From a virus, in IMG/VR virus record IMGVR_UViG_3300032050_000036, positions 1 to 64,000 of that record: a DNA stretch of 64,000 nt. One strand, 5' to 3'. Position 1 is the first letter of the stretch. The number at the start of each line of letters is the position of its first letter. A model generated the notes under the pieces. That model did not search any database, had not been told where the DNA came from, and saw only the letters and a list, made by a program, of their open reading frames with translations. Shown piece by piece: positions 63,088-64,000 of the stretch. A program made the translations under genes and the position numbers.

Positions 63088-64000
63088 ATGAAACTTCAGT
63101 ATGGCAATCAAGATCCAGATATTTATTCTTTTGAAAGTGCTTCGCTAAAGGGCTTTCCATTATTTGAAATACCTTCAGTTCATATTAAAAATCTTAAATT
63201 CAGCAATCAACCTGAAGAAGACTATGAGTATATTTCAGGAAAGGTATTTTTAGTTCCAGCAGCAAATGATTTTTATCATGCCCTAACAGATACTATGGCC
63301 CATTATGAATCTTTAAAAACAGTTTATCCAGATTTAAAAATAATTTTTTGTTCTAATGACAATATGTACACTATAGATAGATATATTGGCATAAACAGAA
63401 AATACATGCTAGAAATTTTAAAAATTTATAATATAGAATATAAAGATATTCTTGATATAAAAAACAAAAATTATATATTTGAAGAGGTAATACATTTGCC
63501 ACATAGATCGCAATGGCACCAAGACAGGATTGTTCCTTTTGAAATACAACAAAATCTAAAAAATTTTACTCACGATGAGACTTGGTCTTATAGAAAATTT
63601 ATGATAAATTCTTTAAAACAAAAATTTTATAATCAAATAATTGATAAAGAACCTAAAAAAATATATGCATCACGTATGCCATATAAGACTAATCCTATAG
63701 ATTATTCAAAATTATCTGACGAAGATCAAAGATATTGGAATTTTAGATCACAAGAAATAAATAGACAATATAAAGATGAAGAAAAACTTATAGATTATTT
63801 TTTAAATAAAGGCTATGAAGTGTTAAATTTTGGAAACATGTCATTAATAGATCAAATAAGTGAATGCTATTATTCGACTGAACTTGCTGGAATCAATGGA
63901 TCTAATATTTTTAATTTTATATGGGCAAAGCCAGAAACAAGAACACACATTATTTATGTAACAAATGCATGGAATTATGGTTTTTGGAAATACTTTGATT
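63088..64000 (+). CDS. Glycosyltransferase family 61 (DUF563)-like, truncated by the window end
   Basis: Manual translation MKLQYGNQ...FYHALTD...KKIYASR...NR.YKDE...GYEVL...SLIDQI...GINGSNIFNFIW; no stop before the window end. Confidence 0.75.
   Translation, partial: MKLQYGNQDPDIYSFESASLKGFPLFEIPSVHIKNLKFSNQPEEDYEYISGKVFLVPAANDFYHALTDTMAHYESLKTVYPDLKIIFCSNDNMYTIDRYIGINRKYMLEILKIYNIEYKDILDIKNKNYIFEEVIHLPHRSQWHQDRIVPFEIQQNLKNFTHDETWSYRKFMINSLKQKFYNQIIDKEPKKIYASRMPYKTNPIDYSKLSDEDQRYWNFRSQEINRQYKDEEKLIDYFLNKGYEVLNFGNMSLIDQISECYYSTELAGINGSNIFNFIWAKPETRTHIIYVTNAWNYGFWKYFD

Noticed and set aside
1-64000. Stop-codon reassignment
   Set aside because: Core genes are full length under the standard bacterial code, and TAA, TAG and TGA all terminate genes

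Overview
The whole window is part of a large (>64 kb), low-GC tailed dsDNA bacteriophage with a siphovirus-type tail. It is most likely an actinophage of low-GC freshwater Actinobacteria (acI/Nanopelagicales-like). That host call is an inference from WhiB, an MSMEG_6728-like glycosylase, a DnaE-type polymerase and many leaderless genes. Layout: major capsid, head-tail connectors, tail tube, duplicated tail chaperones, a 2680-aa tape measure and tail-tip genes (1-22 kb); a DnaB/DnaG/SSB/DnaE/RecA/Cas4-like/RuvC replication module (22-34 kb); terminase (34-36.5 kb); two secreted surface proteins and a lysis cassette (36.5-41.3 kb). An AT-rich accessory region follows (41-64 kb), with many 2OG-Fe(II) oxygenases, GT60-like and GT61-like glycosyltransferases, two permuted nucleotidyltransferase/HAD enzymes, an APS-kinase fusion, WhiB, Hsp20, PstS and HNH. 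The strongest candidates for novelty are: (i) an ~80-nt structured, promoter-defined, possibly two-state RNA upstream of a small HNH gene; (ii) a prolyl-hydroxylase plus GT60-like glycosylation module with a Pro/Thr-repeat candidate substrate; (iii) replacement of the gpG/gpGT programmed frameshift by a gene duplication; (iv) a ROSE-like thermometer and a downstream pseudoknot around hsp20. All family calls come from motif recognition by eye; no searches were run.
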